Shown here: positions 9,455 to 17,770 of the stretch, in pieces
Layout of the letters: each line of letters opens with the position of its first letter
How positions within the stretch are numbered: position 1 is the stretch's first letter
Assembly (NCBI GenBank): GCA_964545155.1
Contig: CAZJEX010000012.1
Location: 18,270-82,269, forward strand
Origin: an uncultured Desulfobulbus sp.
Lineage (GTDB): Bacteria > Desulfobacterota > Desulfobulbia > Desulfobulbales > Desulfobulbaceae
Direction: 5' to 3'
Length of the DNA stretch: 64,000 bases
Notes under the pieces: generated by a model
The model's database searches: none
Seen by the model: only the letters and a program-made list of their open reading frames with translations
Told to the model about the DNA's origin: nothing
Position numbers and translations under genes: made by a program

Positions 9455-10880
9455 GCACCTCGTCGAGTCGTCGCACCTTGCTCCGCTGCGGGGCCTGGCG
9501 GAGGAGTTCGGGCTGCTCGGCCGCTTCCCTGGTAATGGTTTTGAGGGTGGCGATAAACTGGTCGATATCGTCTTTGCACTCGGTTTCCGTCGGCTCGATC
9601 ATCATCGCCCCGTGGACGATCAAGGGGAAATAGATGGTCGGCGGGTGAAAGCCGCAATCGATCAGTCGCTTGGCCATGTCCACGGTGCTGATTTTGTACT
9701 CCTGCTGCTTGAGATCGGAAAAAACGCACTCATGCATGCAGGGCCGGTCGTAGGGGAGATGCAGCACCCCTTTGAGCTCTTCCTTGATGTAGTTGGCGTT
9801 GAGCACCGCCAGCTGGCTGGCCCGTTTCAGGCCCGCCGCGCCCATGGTGAGGATGTAGCTGTACGCCCGGATCAGCACCCCGAAGTTGCCGTGGAATGCG
9901 TGGATGCGGCCCACCGATTGGGGCCGGTCGAACTCCAAATGATAGTGGTCGCCCTCCTTGACCGCCAGCGGCACCGGCAGGAAGGGAGCCAGTTCCCGGG
10001 TGACGCAGACCGGCCCGGCGCCGGGGCCGCCGCCGCCGTGGGGGGTGGAGAAGGTCTTGTGGAGATTGAGATGGAGCACGTCGATGCCGCACTTCTTGGC
10101 GTCGATCACCCCGAGCACCGCGTTCATGTTGGCGCCGTCGCCGTAGACCAGGCCGCCTTTGGCATGGACGATGGCGGCGATCTCGCGGATGTGTTCTTCA
10201 AACAGTCCGAGGGTATTGGGGTTGGTCACCATGATGCCGGCGGTGTCTTCATCCATGAGCGAGGCCACCAGGGCCGGGTCGAGCATGCCCTGGGCATCCG
10301 AGGGCACCGGCACCGCCTTGTAGCCGCAGAGGGCGGCGGAGGCCGGATTGGTGCCGTGGGCGGTGTCGGGGATGAGGATTTTGTGGCGCTGGTCGCCACG
10401 GCTCCGGTGGTAGGCATGGAAGATCAGCATGCCGGCCAGTTCGCCGTGGGCTCCGGCGGCCGGCTGCAGGCTGACCGCATCCAGGCCGGTGATCATCGCC
10501 AGATACTGCTGCAGTTCAAACAAAATCTGCAGGGTGCCCTGGCAGAGGGTATCGGCAAGCATCGGGTGGGCGCCGGCGAGCGCCGGGGTGGCCGCCTGAC
10601 GTTCGTTGGTCTTGGGGTTATATTTCATGGTGCAGGAGCCGAGCGGATACATGCCGGTATCCACCCCGAAATTCCATTGAGAAAGCCGGGTGTAGTGACG
10701 GACCACATCAACCTCGCTCAAATCCGGGAAATCCACTGCTGGGCCTAAAAGCTCGGGGCCAATCGGGGCGGCGGGGACATCGCTCTCTGGGATCGACATG
10801 CCGATCCTGCCTTTTTTACCTTTGTGCCAGAGCAGGGGTTCGTTGAGAATCAGCCCGCCGGTGCCTAACGGTTCGTTCAT
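9402..10880 (-). CDS. gcvPB: Glycine dehydrogenase (decarboxylating) subunit 2
   Basis: ORF 9402..10961. The preferred start MNEPLGTGGLILNEPLLW at 10880 forms an ATGA overlap with the gcvPA stop. A PLP-fold block HLNLHKTFSTPHGGGGPG is present. Confidence 0.9.
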   Translation of the reverse strand: MNEPLGTGGLILNEPLLWHKGKKGRIGMSIPESDVPAAPIGPELLGPAVDFPDLSEVDVVRHYTRLSQWNFGVDTGMYPLGSCTMKYNPKTNERQAATPALAGAHPMLADTLCQGTLQILFELQQYLAMITGLDAVSLQPAAGAHGELAGMLIFHAYHRSRGDQRHKILIPDTAHGTNPASAALCGYKAVPVPSDAQGMLDPALVASLMDEDTAGIMVTNPNTLGLFEEHIREIAAIVHAKGGLVYGDGANMNAVLGVIDAKKCGIDVLHLNLHKTFSTPHGGGGPGAGPVCVTRELAPFLPVPLAVKEGDHYHLEFDRPQSVGRIHAFHGNFGVLIRAYSYILTMGAAGLKRASQLAVLNANYIKEELKGVLHLPYDRPCMHECVFSDLKQQEYKISTVDMAKRLIDCGFHPPTIYFPLIVHGAMMIEPTETECKDDIDQFIATLKTITREAAEQPELLRQAPQRSKVRRLDEVLAARCPCLVGPSGNGDQ

Positions 10881-12211
10881 GCCCGTACCTCCGCTGCAAT
10901 GGTGTCCATGGTTTGTTTGTCGATGGTTTCGGTGACGCAGAAGAGATAGCGCCCGGTCCACTCGGGGTACAGCGCGCCGAGTTCCAGGCCGGCAACGATG
11001 TTTTGGGCCAGCAGTCGCTGGTGGGCGGGGCGGAAATCCTGCGGAAATTCGGCGACGAATTCGTTGAAAACCGGACCGGCAAAGGGAATGGTTGCTCCAG
11101 CCTTGATCAGTACCTCTTTGAGATACTGGGTTTTATCATAATTGAGCCGGGCCAGCTGGCGGATGCCGGTACCGCCCAGGGAGGCCATGTACATGCCCGC
11201 GGTCATGGCGCAGATGCCCTGGTTGGAGCAGATGTTGGAAGTAGCCTTTTCCCGGCGGATATGCTGCTCCCGGGTGGCCAGCGTCAGCACGTAGCCGCGC
11301 TTACCTTCGAGATCCTTGGTTTCGCCGACCAGCCGACCCGGCATGTTGCGGGTAAAGGCTTCCTTGCAGCCGAACATGCCCAGATTCGGGCCGCCGAAGG
11401 ATCGGGCGATGCCGAAGCTCTGGCCCTCGCCGCAGACGATATCCGCGCCGCACGCTCCCGGATTTTTGAGCAGGCCGTAGGCCAGGGGCTCGGTGAAGCA
11501 GGCGATGAATAGGGCGTTCGTGCCATGGATGGCGACGCCGGCGGATTGGAGATCCTCGATCACCCCGAAAAAGTTGGGCGATTGCAGGGCGACGGCGGCG
11601 ATATCGTCGAGGTCGGCCAGCCCGCTGAGGTCGGTCCGGCCATCACCCAGCAGGTCCAATTCAACCACCTCGTAGGACGCCGGCGCAAGATAGGCCCGGA
11701 CCACCGCCCGATAATGGGGATGGATCGCCTTGGAGACGGCCACGGTCCGTTTTTTCTTGGCGATCCGCAAACCCATGAGCAGGGCCTCGGCCAAGGCGGA
11801 GGCGCCGTCATACATCGAGGCATTGACCACATCCACGCCCAGCAGGCGGGCGGTCAGGGTCTGGTACTCAAAAATCCCCTGCAGCGTTCCCTGGGCCATT
11901 TCCGGCTGGTAGGGCGTATAGGCGGTGAGGAACTCGGAGCGCCCGGCCAGGCTGCGCACGGTTTCCGGGATATGATGATGATAACTGCCCGCACCCACCA
12001 GAACCCTGGCCTGGGCATCCAGGGGCATGGCCCCCGCCAGCCGGCCGAGGTGGTCGTTCAGTTCCCATTCGCTTTTGGGGGCGGGCAGTGTCCAGTCCGT
12101 GGTCATGCGGCAGTCGGCCGGCACGCTGTCAAACAAGCCATCCAGGTTCTGGGTGCCGATGGTCGCCAGCATCGAGGCGATTTCTTCGGGGGTATGGGGC
12201 AGATAGCGCAT
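10877..12211 (-). CDS. gcvPA: Glycine dehydrogenase (decarboxylating) subunit 1
   Basis: ORF 10877..12313, with the preferred start MRYLPHTPEEIASML at 12211. Typical P-protein alpha blocks are present (TAYTPYQPEMAQGTLQ, EQHIRREKATSNICSNQ). Confidence 0.9.
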   Translation of the reverse strand: MRYLPHTPEEIASMLATIGTQNLDGLFDSVPADCRMTTDWTLPAPKSEWELNDHLGRLAGAMPLDAQARVLVGAGSYHHHIPETVRSLAGRSEFLTAYTPYQPEMAQGTLQGIFEYQTLTARLLGVDVVNASMYDGASALAEALLMGLRIAKKKRTVAVSKAIHPHYRAVVRAYLAPASYEVVELDLLGDGRTDLSGLADLDDIAAVALQSPNFFGVIEDLQSAGVAIHGTNALFIACFTEPLAYGLLKNPGACGADIVCGEGQSFGIARSFGGPNLGMFGCKEAFTRNMPGRLVGETKDLEGKRGYVLTLATREQHIRREKATSNICSNQGICAMTAGMYMASLGGTGIRQLARLNYDKTQYLKEVLIKAGATIPFAGPVFNEFVAEFPQDFRPAHQRLLAQNIVAGLELGALYPEWTGRYLFCVTETIDKQTMDTIAAEVRA

Positions 12212-12215
12212 AATC

Positions 12216-12614
12216 TTATCCTTTGAGGAGTTCGAGGTAGGCGGCGGCCGTATGCAGTTGCTGGTACTGGCTGGGGTCCGAGGGCTGGATTTCGATGATC
12301 CAGGCGGCGCCATAGGGGTCCTGATTGATCAGTTCCGGCGAATCCGTCAGGGCGGAGTTGACTGCCACCACCGTACCGGACATGGGCATGTACAGTTCGG
12401 AAACCGCCTTGACCGATTCCAGGGTGCCGAATTCGTCGCCCATGCCAAAGCTGTCGCCGACGGCCGGCAGTTCGACAAAGACGATGTCGCCCAACTGGTC
12501 CTGGGCGTAGTCGCTGACGCCGATGCGTACCGTCTCGCCGGTGCGTTTGGCCCATTCGTGGTCGTCGGTGTAGGCAATGGTATCGGGCAGGTGTAACGCA
12601 TCTAATTCTTTCAT
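12216..12614 (-). CDS. gcvH: Glycine cleavage system H protein (lipoyl carrier)
   Basis: The preferred start is MKELDALHLPD at 12614. YTDDHEWAK is present, as is the lipoyl-lysine motif LESVKAVSELY. Confidence 0.9.
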   Translation of the reverse strand: MKELDALHLPDTIAYTDDHEWAKRTGETVRIGVSDYAQDQLGDIVFVELPAVGDSFGMGDEFGTLESVKAVSELYMPMSGTVVAVNSALTDSPELINQDPYGAAWIIEIQPSDPSQYQQLHTAAAYLELLKG

Positions 12615-12639
12615 GCAGGTTTCTCCTTGCAGGATGGGG

Positions 12640-13926
12640 TTACAGCATATTGTGAAGTGGGTTGCGGGCGGTGCGGTCCGGCCGGATCTGGTCGCGGATC
12701 TCCACCTTGAGTTTGCGTTTGCCGTCGGTGAGCAGGACCTCGGAGCCCGGCGGCAGTGGGTGGTCCACCCGGACAAAGCCGCAGCAGAGGCCGCGGGGCG
12801 TAAAGGGTTCGGGGCGTCCCGCCGCCGACGGGGTGGCCAGGCTGACAATCTGTGTGCCCACCCGGTCGATGGCCATGTCGGTGGTGCAGGTGAGGAGGAT
12901 GCCGATGGGGTTGCCGCTGAGATCGGTCACCCGGCTTTGCTCGTTGATGGTGATCTTGCGCGGGTCATAGCCGGCAAAGGGCAGGGTGCAGGGGGAATTG
13001 GCAACCGTCTGGAGCGCGGCCGACCCGATGAATTCCTTGGTGAAACCCGCTCCCGCCTCGTCCCAGGGCAAAACGAACAGCCAGGGGTTGCGGGCAAAGG
13101 GCCAGGGGCCGATGTCCTGATGGGAAAGCGGCAGTCCAGCTCCGGCGCGCAGGCTGTCGCGGGCCGCCAGCCCGCAGCTGAGGATGGATTCCGGCGCTCC
13201 GGTCGCCAACAGCAGGTGCCAGAGCTTTTCGGTGTGCTCCGGCGCGATAAACAGCTCAAAGCCGAACTCGCCGGTATAGCCGGTGCGCGAGACCATCACC
13301 GGCGTGCCGTCCAGCAAGGTGACCGGCGCAATGGTTGGGAGTTGGGAGTCGAAGCTGCCCTTGAACGAAAAATAGATTATCTTTTCAAGCACCTGGTCCG
13401 GATGCTGCAGAACTCGTCCCAGGATACGGGCCGCGGCCGGGCCCTGGAGGTCCATCTTGCCGACCGCATCGGTATGGTCACGGATCACCGCTTCGGTTGC
13501 ATGCTGGTTGTGCTGGCCGAGATGGGCGGCGATCGGTGCGCCCATGGAGGCGTTGACCACCAGCATATAGTCGGTCGGCCCGCACTGGCTGACAATCGCA
13601 TCGTCGATCACCCCGCCGGCGGTATCGAGAAATACCCCGTAGACCGAGCGGCCGGCGATCAGCGGTCCTTTTTTGGGGCCGATGCAGCGCTCCAGATCCT
13701 TGGAAAAGCAGCGTTGGAGCAACTCCCGCACCGCCGTCCCGTACAGGGTGAGCACCGCCATGTGGCTGGTATCGAACAGTCCGGCGCCGGTGAGCACCGC
13801 CAGGTGTTCGGCCTTGGCCCCGGATGGGTACCACAGCGGCATCTCGTAGCCGCCAAAGGCGGCCAGGTTGGCGTTCTGGCCAACATGCCAGCCGTGCAGT
13901 GGCGTGGTTTTCATATTCTGGCCCAT
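12640..13926 (-). CDS. gcvT: Aminomethyltransferase (glycine cleavage T protein)
   Basis: The preferred start is MGQNMKTTPLHGWH at 13926, with GGAGGAG 8 nt upstream. FGGYEMPLWY and SRTGYTGEFGFE blocks are present. Confidence 0.9.
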   Translation of the reverse strand: MGQNMKTTPLHGWHVGQNANLAAFGGYEMPLWYPSGAKAEHLAVLTGAGLFDTSHMAVLTLYGTAVRELLQRCFSKDLERCIGPKKGPLIAGRSVYGVFLDTAGGVIDDAIVSQCGPTDYMLVVNASMGAPIAAHLGQHNQHATEAVIRDHTDAVGKMDLQGPAAARILGRVLQHPDQVLEKIIYFSFKGSFDSQLPTIAPVTLLDGTPVMVSRTGYTGEFGFELFIAPEHTEKLWHLLLATGAPESILSCGLAARDSLRAGAGLPLSHQDIGPWPFARNPWLFVLPWDEAGAGFTKEFIGSAALQTVANSPCTLPFAGYDPRKITINEQSRVTDLSGNPIGILLTCTTDMAIDRVGTQIVSLATPSAAGRPEPFTPRGLCCGFVRVDHPLPPGSEVLLTDGKRKLKVEIRDQIRPDRTARNPLHNML

Positions 13927-14296
13927 GGGTTGTTCTCCTCCACTGGTTCCATCGGGTCGACCCGGTGGCATGTGCTGGTTAAGGCGCTTGAGACGACCAA
14001 GGTTGCGTCGGAGCGTACCGCTTCTTCGGCCTGCGGCGGGTCGTCGGCGATTAGCAAAAAAAAAATGACCCAGCCGTTTTTCAGGGGGTTGCTCAGGGTG
14101 ATCGGGATAGAACACGATGGAAATGTTTTTCGGCACAGGCAACGAACCGACGAGTCAGGCTAAAAAAAAAACCCGAAGCTGTCAATGTCGATGTAGGGAT
14201 TTGTTGCATTCAATAGGTTGGCTGGATCGGGAAAAACGACTCGAAGGCGGGCGAAACAAAGGATCAAGGGGCGGGAGTCGGCTCAGGTGGGGCAGC

Positions 14297-14328
14297 CCGC
14301 TCCGACCGGTTGACCCCGGCCGGAGCGG
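14297..14328 (-). terminator. Stem-loop downstream of tpx (no clear U-tract)
   Basis: CCGCTCCGaCCGG..CCGGcCGGAGCGG is an inverted repeat about 20 nt past the tpx stop on the minus strand. Confidence 0.35.
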
Positions 14329-14349
14329 TGCTGCGCAACAAAATCCTGA

Positions 14350-14850
14350 TTATTTCAGGGCGGCCAGGGCGGCGCTGTAGTTCGGCTCCTGGGCGATCTC
14401 GGGCACCTGCTCGGTGTAGAGCACCTTGCCGTCGGTGTCGATGATGACGATGGCCCGGCTCAGCAGGCCGGTCAGCGGGCCGGTGGTGGCGGTCACCCCG
14501 TAGTCCTTGCCAAAGGCCGGCGAACGGAACACCGACAGTGATTCGACATTTTTAAGGCCATCGGTCTCGCAGAACCGGGTATGGGCAAACGGCAGGTCCG
14601 CGGAGATACAAAGCACCACGGTGTTGGTCAGTTCGCCGGCGGCCTTGTTGAACTGGCGGACCGAGGTGGCGCACACCGGGGTGTCGATACTCGGGAAAAT
14701 GTTAAGGACAACCCGTTTGCCCTTATAACCGGCCAGGGTCGCCTCGGAGAGGTCGGTTTTGACCAGGGTAAAGGCCGGGGCAGCGGCGGCCTTGGCGGGC
14801 AGGGTACCGATGGTTTCGAAGGCGTTGCCTTTGAGGGTGATGGTGGCCAT
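14350..14850 (-). CDS. tpx: Thiol peroxidase (atypical 2-Cys peroxiredoxin)
   Basis: The preferred start is MATITLKGN at 14850 after AAAGGAG. FPSIDTPVCATS carries the peroxidatic Cys and ADLPFAHTRFC the resolving Cys. Confidence 0.9.
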   Translation of the reverse strand: MATITLKGNAFETIGTLPAKAAAAPAFTLVKTDLSEATLAGYKGKRVVLNIFPSIDTPVCATSVRQFNKAAGELTNTVVLCISADLPFAHTRFCETDGLKNVESLSVFRSPAFGKDYGVTATTGPLTGLLSRAIVIIDTDGKVLYTEQVPEIAQEPNYSAALAALK

Positions 14851-15116
14851 GGATGTTGCTCCTTTCTTGCTGAATATTGACATTTGCACCGCAGCGGCAA
14901 CCGAACATTTCAGCAGCGCCGACGGTGATCACGGTTCAAAATAGGTTCTAGGTGATACGTTGATGCACATAATAATGATTCTCCTTTATATGTAAAGCGA
15001 AATCTTCATAGAAGAAAGCAATAGTTCTAACCATGACGAGATAACGGGGTACTGGGTGAGGGCGTTCTGTCGATGGGGAAGCACCTGTCAACACCCTTGC
15101 TGATCTTGGGAAGAAA

Positions 15117-15150
15117 TCCGCGGCAAACGGAAGCGACTCTTCGCCGCGGA
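15117..15150 (-). terminator. Hairpin about 115 nt downstream of the ADP-ribosylglycohydrolase gene
   Basis: A perfect 8-bp outer stem TCCGCGGC/GCCGCGGA encloses an inner GAAG/CTTC stem. On the minus strand it is followed by ATTTCTTCC. Confidence 0.4.
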
Positions 15151-15266
15151 GGTGTTGAAGAGACCGGGCGTATAGGCCCGTCAATGTGAACCGGTCCCAG
15201 ATCGGCAGTGGAACAACGCGGTGGCAGGCAACCGGCCGCGCGCTTCGGGAGCCGTTGTGGCGGTTC

Positions 15267-16178
15267 TTAAACAAGGTTTGACGACGTGAGCAGTCCCCTG
15301 ATATGGGGGTACCGGACCATGGCCATCAGCCACTCCTCGGGAATCGCCGCAGCACCCAAATGGGCGCCGAGCAGCATGCCGACCACCAGGCCGCGGGCCG
15401 CCGAATCGCCACCGGCCATGACGTTTTCGATCAGGGCGCTTTTGAGATCGTTGGGATAGGTGAGGATCAGATGGATGGCGCCGGGCAGGGCCGCGGCGAT
15501 GCCGCACATCTGGCCGAATTTTTTGATCACCGTGCGCGTGTCCTTGCCGCCGCTGTCCAAGCCGCCCCGGATGCGGATATCCAGATCGATATCGGACACT
15601 CCTTCCTCAAGGGCAGCTTCCATGGCCTCCATCGGGCCGGTGCCGTGGAGCACTGCCCAACCGGTCTTGGCCAGGAATTCAGCCCCGGCCAAGTTGGCCG
15701 GGTGGTTGTGGGTCATGGCGGTTTGCTGTCGGACCGCGGCCAGCAGACCGGAGCGGTCGTTCTGATAAAAAAAGAGCAGCGGGGCAATGCGGGCGGCCCC
15801 GCCGAGATCGGAGGAATGGGAGCCGCATTGGTCCGGTGGCATCTGTCGGCGCATATTTTCCAGGGTGGTGGCGGTGGCTTTATCGATGTAGCCGGTGTAG
15901 CCGCTGAACAGCGTCTGCCAGGTACCAGCAAAGTCGGCCAGGTCGAATTGGCCGGTTCGGGCCAGGGATTCGAGCAGCACCAGGGTCTGGTCGCCGTAAT
16001 GGGTAAACTCGCCTGGTCGTTTGGTGCGGTGATATGAGTCGGGCAGGGGTTGGAGTAGGGTTTCGACCCGGCCGATCCGTCGCTCGATTTCTTCGGTGTC
16101 GTAGATCCAGTGGGCCCCGAGGGCGAGACTGTCCGCTACCAAGGAAGCCAGTACCATTGCTGTTGCCTGTGGTGTCAT
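15267..16178 (-). CDS. ADP-ribosylglycohydrolase family protein
   Basis: 303 aa. The N-terminal SLVADSLALGAHWIYD and C-terminal GGDSAARGLVVGMLLGAHLG blocks resemble the two metal-binding regions of the ARH/DraG fold. This is a family-level call only. Confidence 0.6.
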   Translation of the reverse strand: MTPQATAMVLASLVADSLALGAHWIYDTEEIERRIGRVETLLQPLPDSYHRTKRPGEFTHYGDQTLVLLESLARTGQFDLADFAGTWQTLFSGYTGYIDKATATTLENMRRQMPPDQCGSHSSDLGGAARIAPLLFFYQNDRSGLLAAVRQQTAMTHNHPANLAGAEFLAKTGWAVLHGTGPMEAMEAALEEGVSDIDLDIRIRGGLDSGGKDTRTVIKKFGQMCGIAAALPGAIHLILTYPNDLKSALIENVMAGGDSAARGLVVGMLLGAHLGAAAIPEEWLMAMVRYPHIRGLLTSSNLV

Positions 16179-16248
16179 TATTCTGTTCTCCCCTGTCTGG
16201 AGCCGCCGGTATTGCGGCTGTCTTGATTCAAGTGTTGTATGTCAGAAA

Positions 16249-16316
16249 ATATTTAGGCCTGATCAGGGCTTTTGTCAATCGCGCTTTGCTTCTGCCGCCT
16301 GCACGGATATTTAGGC
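16249..16316. repeat. Two copies of the 10-mer ATATTTAGGC, start-to-start spacing 58 bp, in a divergent intergenic region
   Basis: The copies at 16249-16258 and 16307-16316 are identical and in the same orientation. They lie between the ARH-like gene and the EF-hand protein gene. Confidence 0.5.
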
Positions 16317-16399
16317 ATTAACCCCGGAGAATAGTACGTCGATATAAAGGGAGCCACCGATGCAATCGGATCAACATGGAATCCCAACAAGGAGGGTGT

Positions 16400-17770
16400 A
16401 TGAAAATCGCTGCGACTGCGGTCAGCATGGATGCAGCACGAACGTTCAGGGAAATGGAACAACGGCTAACAGGATTGAACCAGACAACGGCAACCGCGGA
16501 TCCATCGGGACAGCCCGATGATTTCAGTGTCCGCTTTGCCCGTTCGCTTGCCAGTTCAACCCAAACCCAAATCACAGCGCGATCAACGGTCGGTCGTATC
16601 AGCACCGGCGATGAGTCGCCGGTCGAAATCAGAAACCATCAAGCCGGCACTCCGGAACAGGTCCTGTCCCAACTGGCGGCGCAGGTGATCGGTCAACCGG
16701 TCAGTGTCAAGGCCTTCCAGGAGAATCCGGCGCCAGCCACGGTATCGGCACAGCAAGCACCGGGGACCGCCCCGCCACTTCAGGTGCGGGGGCTGGAACT
16801 CACCAGCCGCACCATCTACAGCCAGGAAGAAACCTTGCTGTTCTCAGCCCAGGGATCGGCGCAGACCACCGACGGCCGGGCGATCGCCTTTGAGCTCGGC
16901 CTCTCGATGGAACGCACCACCGTGGCCATGGAATCCGCGTCGTTCGGGGTTTCGACCCTGTTCATCGATCCCCTCATCCTCCAGTTCGATGCCGCCTCGC
17001 CCTTGCTCGGCGACAGCGCCTTTTCTTTTGATATGGACGGCGACGGCGCCAAGGAGGAACTCGCCTGTCCGGGGAAGGGCTGCGGTTTTCTGGCCTTTGA
17101 TCGCAATCGCGACGGTATTATCAATAATGGCTTGGAGTTGTTCGGGCCGACGAGCGGTTCGGGTTTTGGCGAGTTGGCCGAGTTGGACCGCGATGCCAAT
17201 CAATGGATCGACGAACAGGATCCTGTCTTTGCTGCGCTTTCAATCTGGCGTCCGGACAGCCAGGGGGGCGAGTCGTTGCAGTCGTTGCGGGAGGCGGGGG
17301 TCGGCGCGATTGCGGTGGTCCATGCGGGGACGGGTTTTGAGCTGCAGCGCCCGGACGGCACCGTGCTGGGAAACGTCAAGGCCAGCGGTATTTTTCTTAC
17401 CGAGGCCGGGGAGGTCCGTTCCCTGCAGGAGATCGATCTGGCCTTGCCTGCACCGCCGGCAGCCCCCGGTTCCGGCGGTGGGCAAGCCGCAGCCCATCGG
17501 TTTGAGGCGGCTCTGCAGTCGCTGCGCGGTATCATCAGCCTGCAGCGGCTGCGGCTGCAGGTGATGCTGAGCGGACAGCGTCTGGAGGCGGTGGTGGCGA
17601 ACAAAGAAGAGCAGCGGGATTGGCTGTCCGAGTGGCTGCAAACCCGTGATCATTGGCAGGCGGTGGTTGGCGGCGCTGACCAGGAAAAAAGCGCCAGCGA
17701 CGATCTGGAGGGCCGGAACGTTTTTCATCATCTCCGTCGGCCGGCTTCTGCGGCCAGGCAAGCAGGGTGA
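16400..17770 (+). CDS. Hypothetical protein with an EF-hand-like (DxDxDG) calcium-binding module
   Basis: ORF 16376..17770. The preferred start is ATG 16400 (MKIAATAV) after AAGGAGG. Loops FDMDGDGAKEEL, FDRNRDGIINNGLELFG and LDRDANQWIDEQD are present. No signal peptide or TM helix is visible. The alternative frame 16704..17564 is an R/P/S-rich shadow. Confidence 0.6.
   Translation: MKIAATAVSMDAARTFREMEQRLTGLNQTTATADPSGQPDDFSVRFARSLASSTQTQITARSTVGRISTGDESPVEIRNHQAGTPEQVLSQLAAQVIGQPVSVKAFQENPAPATVSAQQAPGTAPPLQVRGLELTSRTIYSQEETLLFSAQGSAQTTDGRAIAFELGLSMERTTVAMESASFGVSTLFIDPLILQFDAASPLLGDSAFSFDMDGDGAKEELACPGKGCGFLAFDRNRDGIINNGLELFGPTSGSGFGELAELDRDANQWIDEQDPVFAALSIWRPDSQGGESLQSLREAGVGAIAVVHAGTGFELQRPDGTVLGNVKASGIFLTEAGEVRSLQEIDLALPAPPAAPGSGGGQAAAHRFEAALQSLRGIISLQRLRLQVMLSGQRLEAVVANKEEQRDWLSEWLQTRDHWQAVVGGADQEKSASDDLEGRNVFHHLRRPASAARQAG

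Noticed and set aside
13927-14190. A glycine riboswitch upstream of gcvT.
   Set aside because: Only partial resemblance was found (GGCCGAAGAAGCGG, GUCUCAAGCGCC). The conserved GGAGAG, CACCGAAGGGGCAA and AAGGAC elements and the tandem aptamer layout are not present. It is kept only as an unexplained long leader in the findings.
14948-15274. A 108-aa ORF in the tpx upstream region.
   Set aside because: It spans the AT-rich promoter patch and the terminator-like hairpin, has odd composition and has no SD. The non-coding explanation is preferred.
16704-17564. An alternative-frame 286-aa ORF inside the EF-hand protein gene.
   Set aside because: It has the Arg/Pro/Ser/Ala-rich composition typical of an off-frame reading of GC-rich coding DNA. 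The 16400..17770 frame has balanced composition and EF-hand loops.
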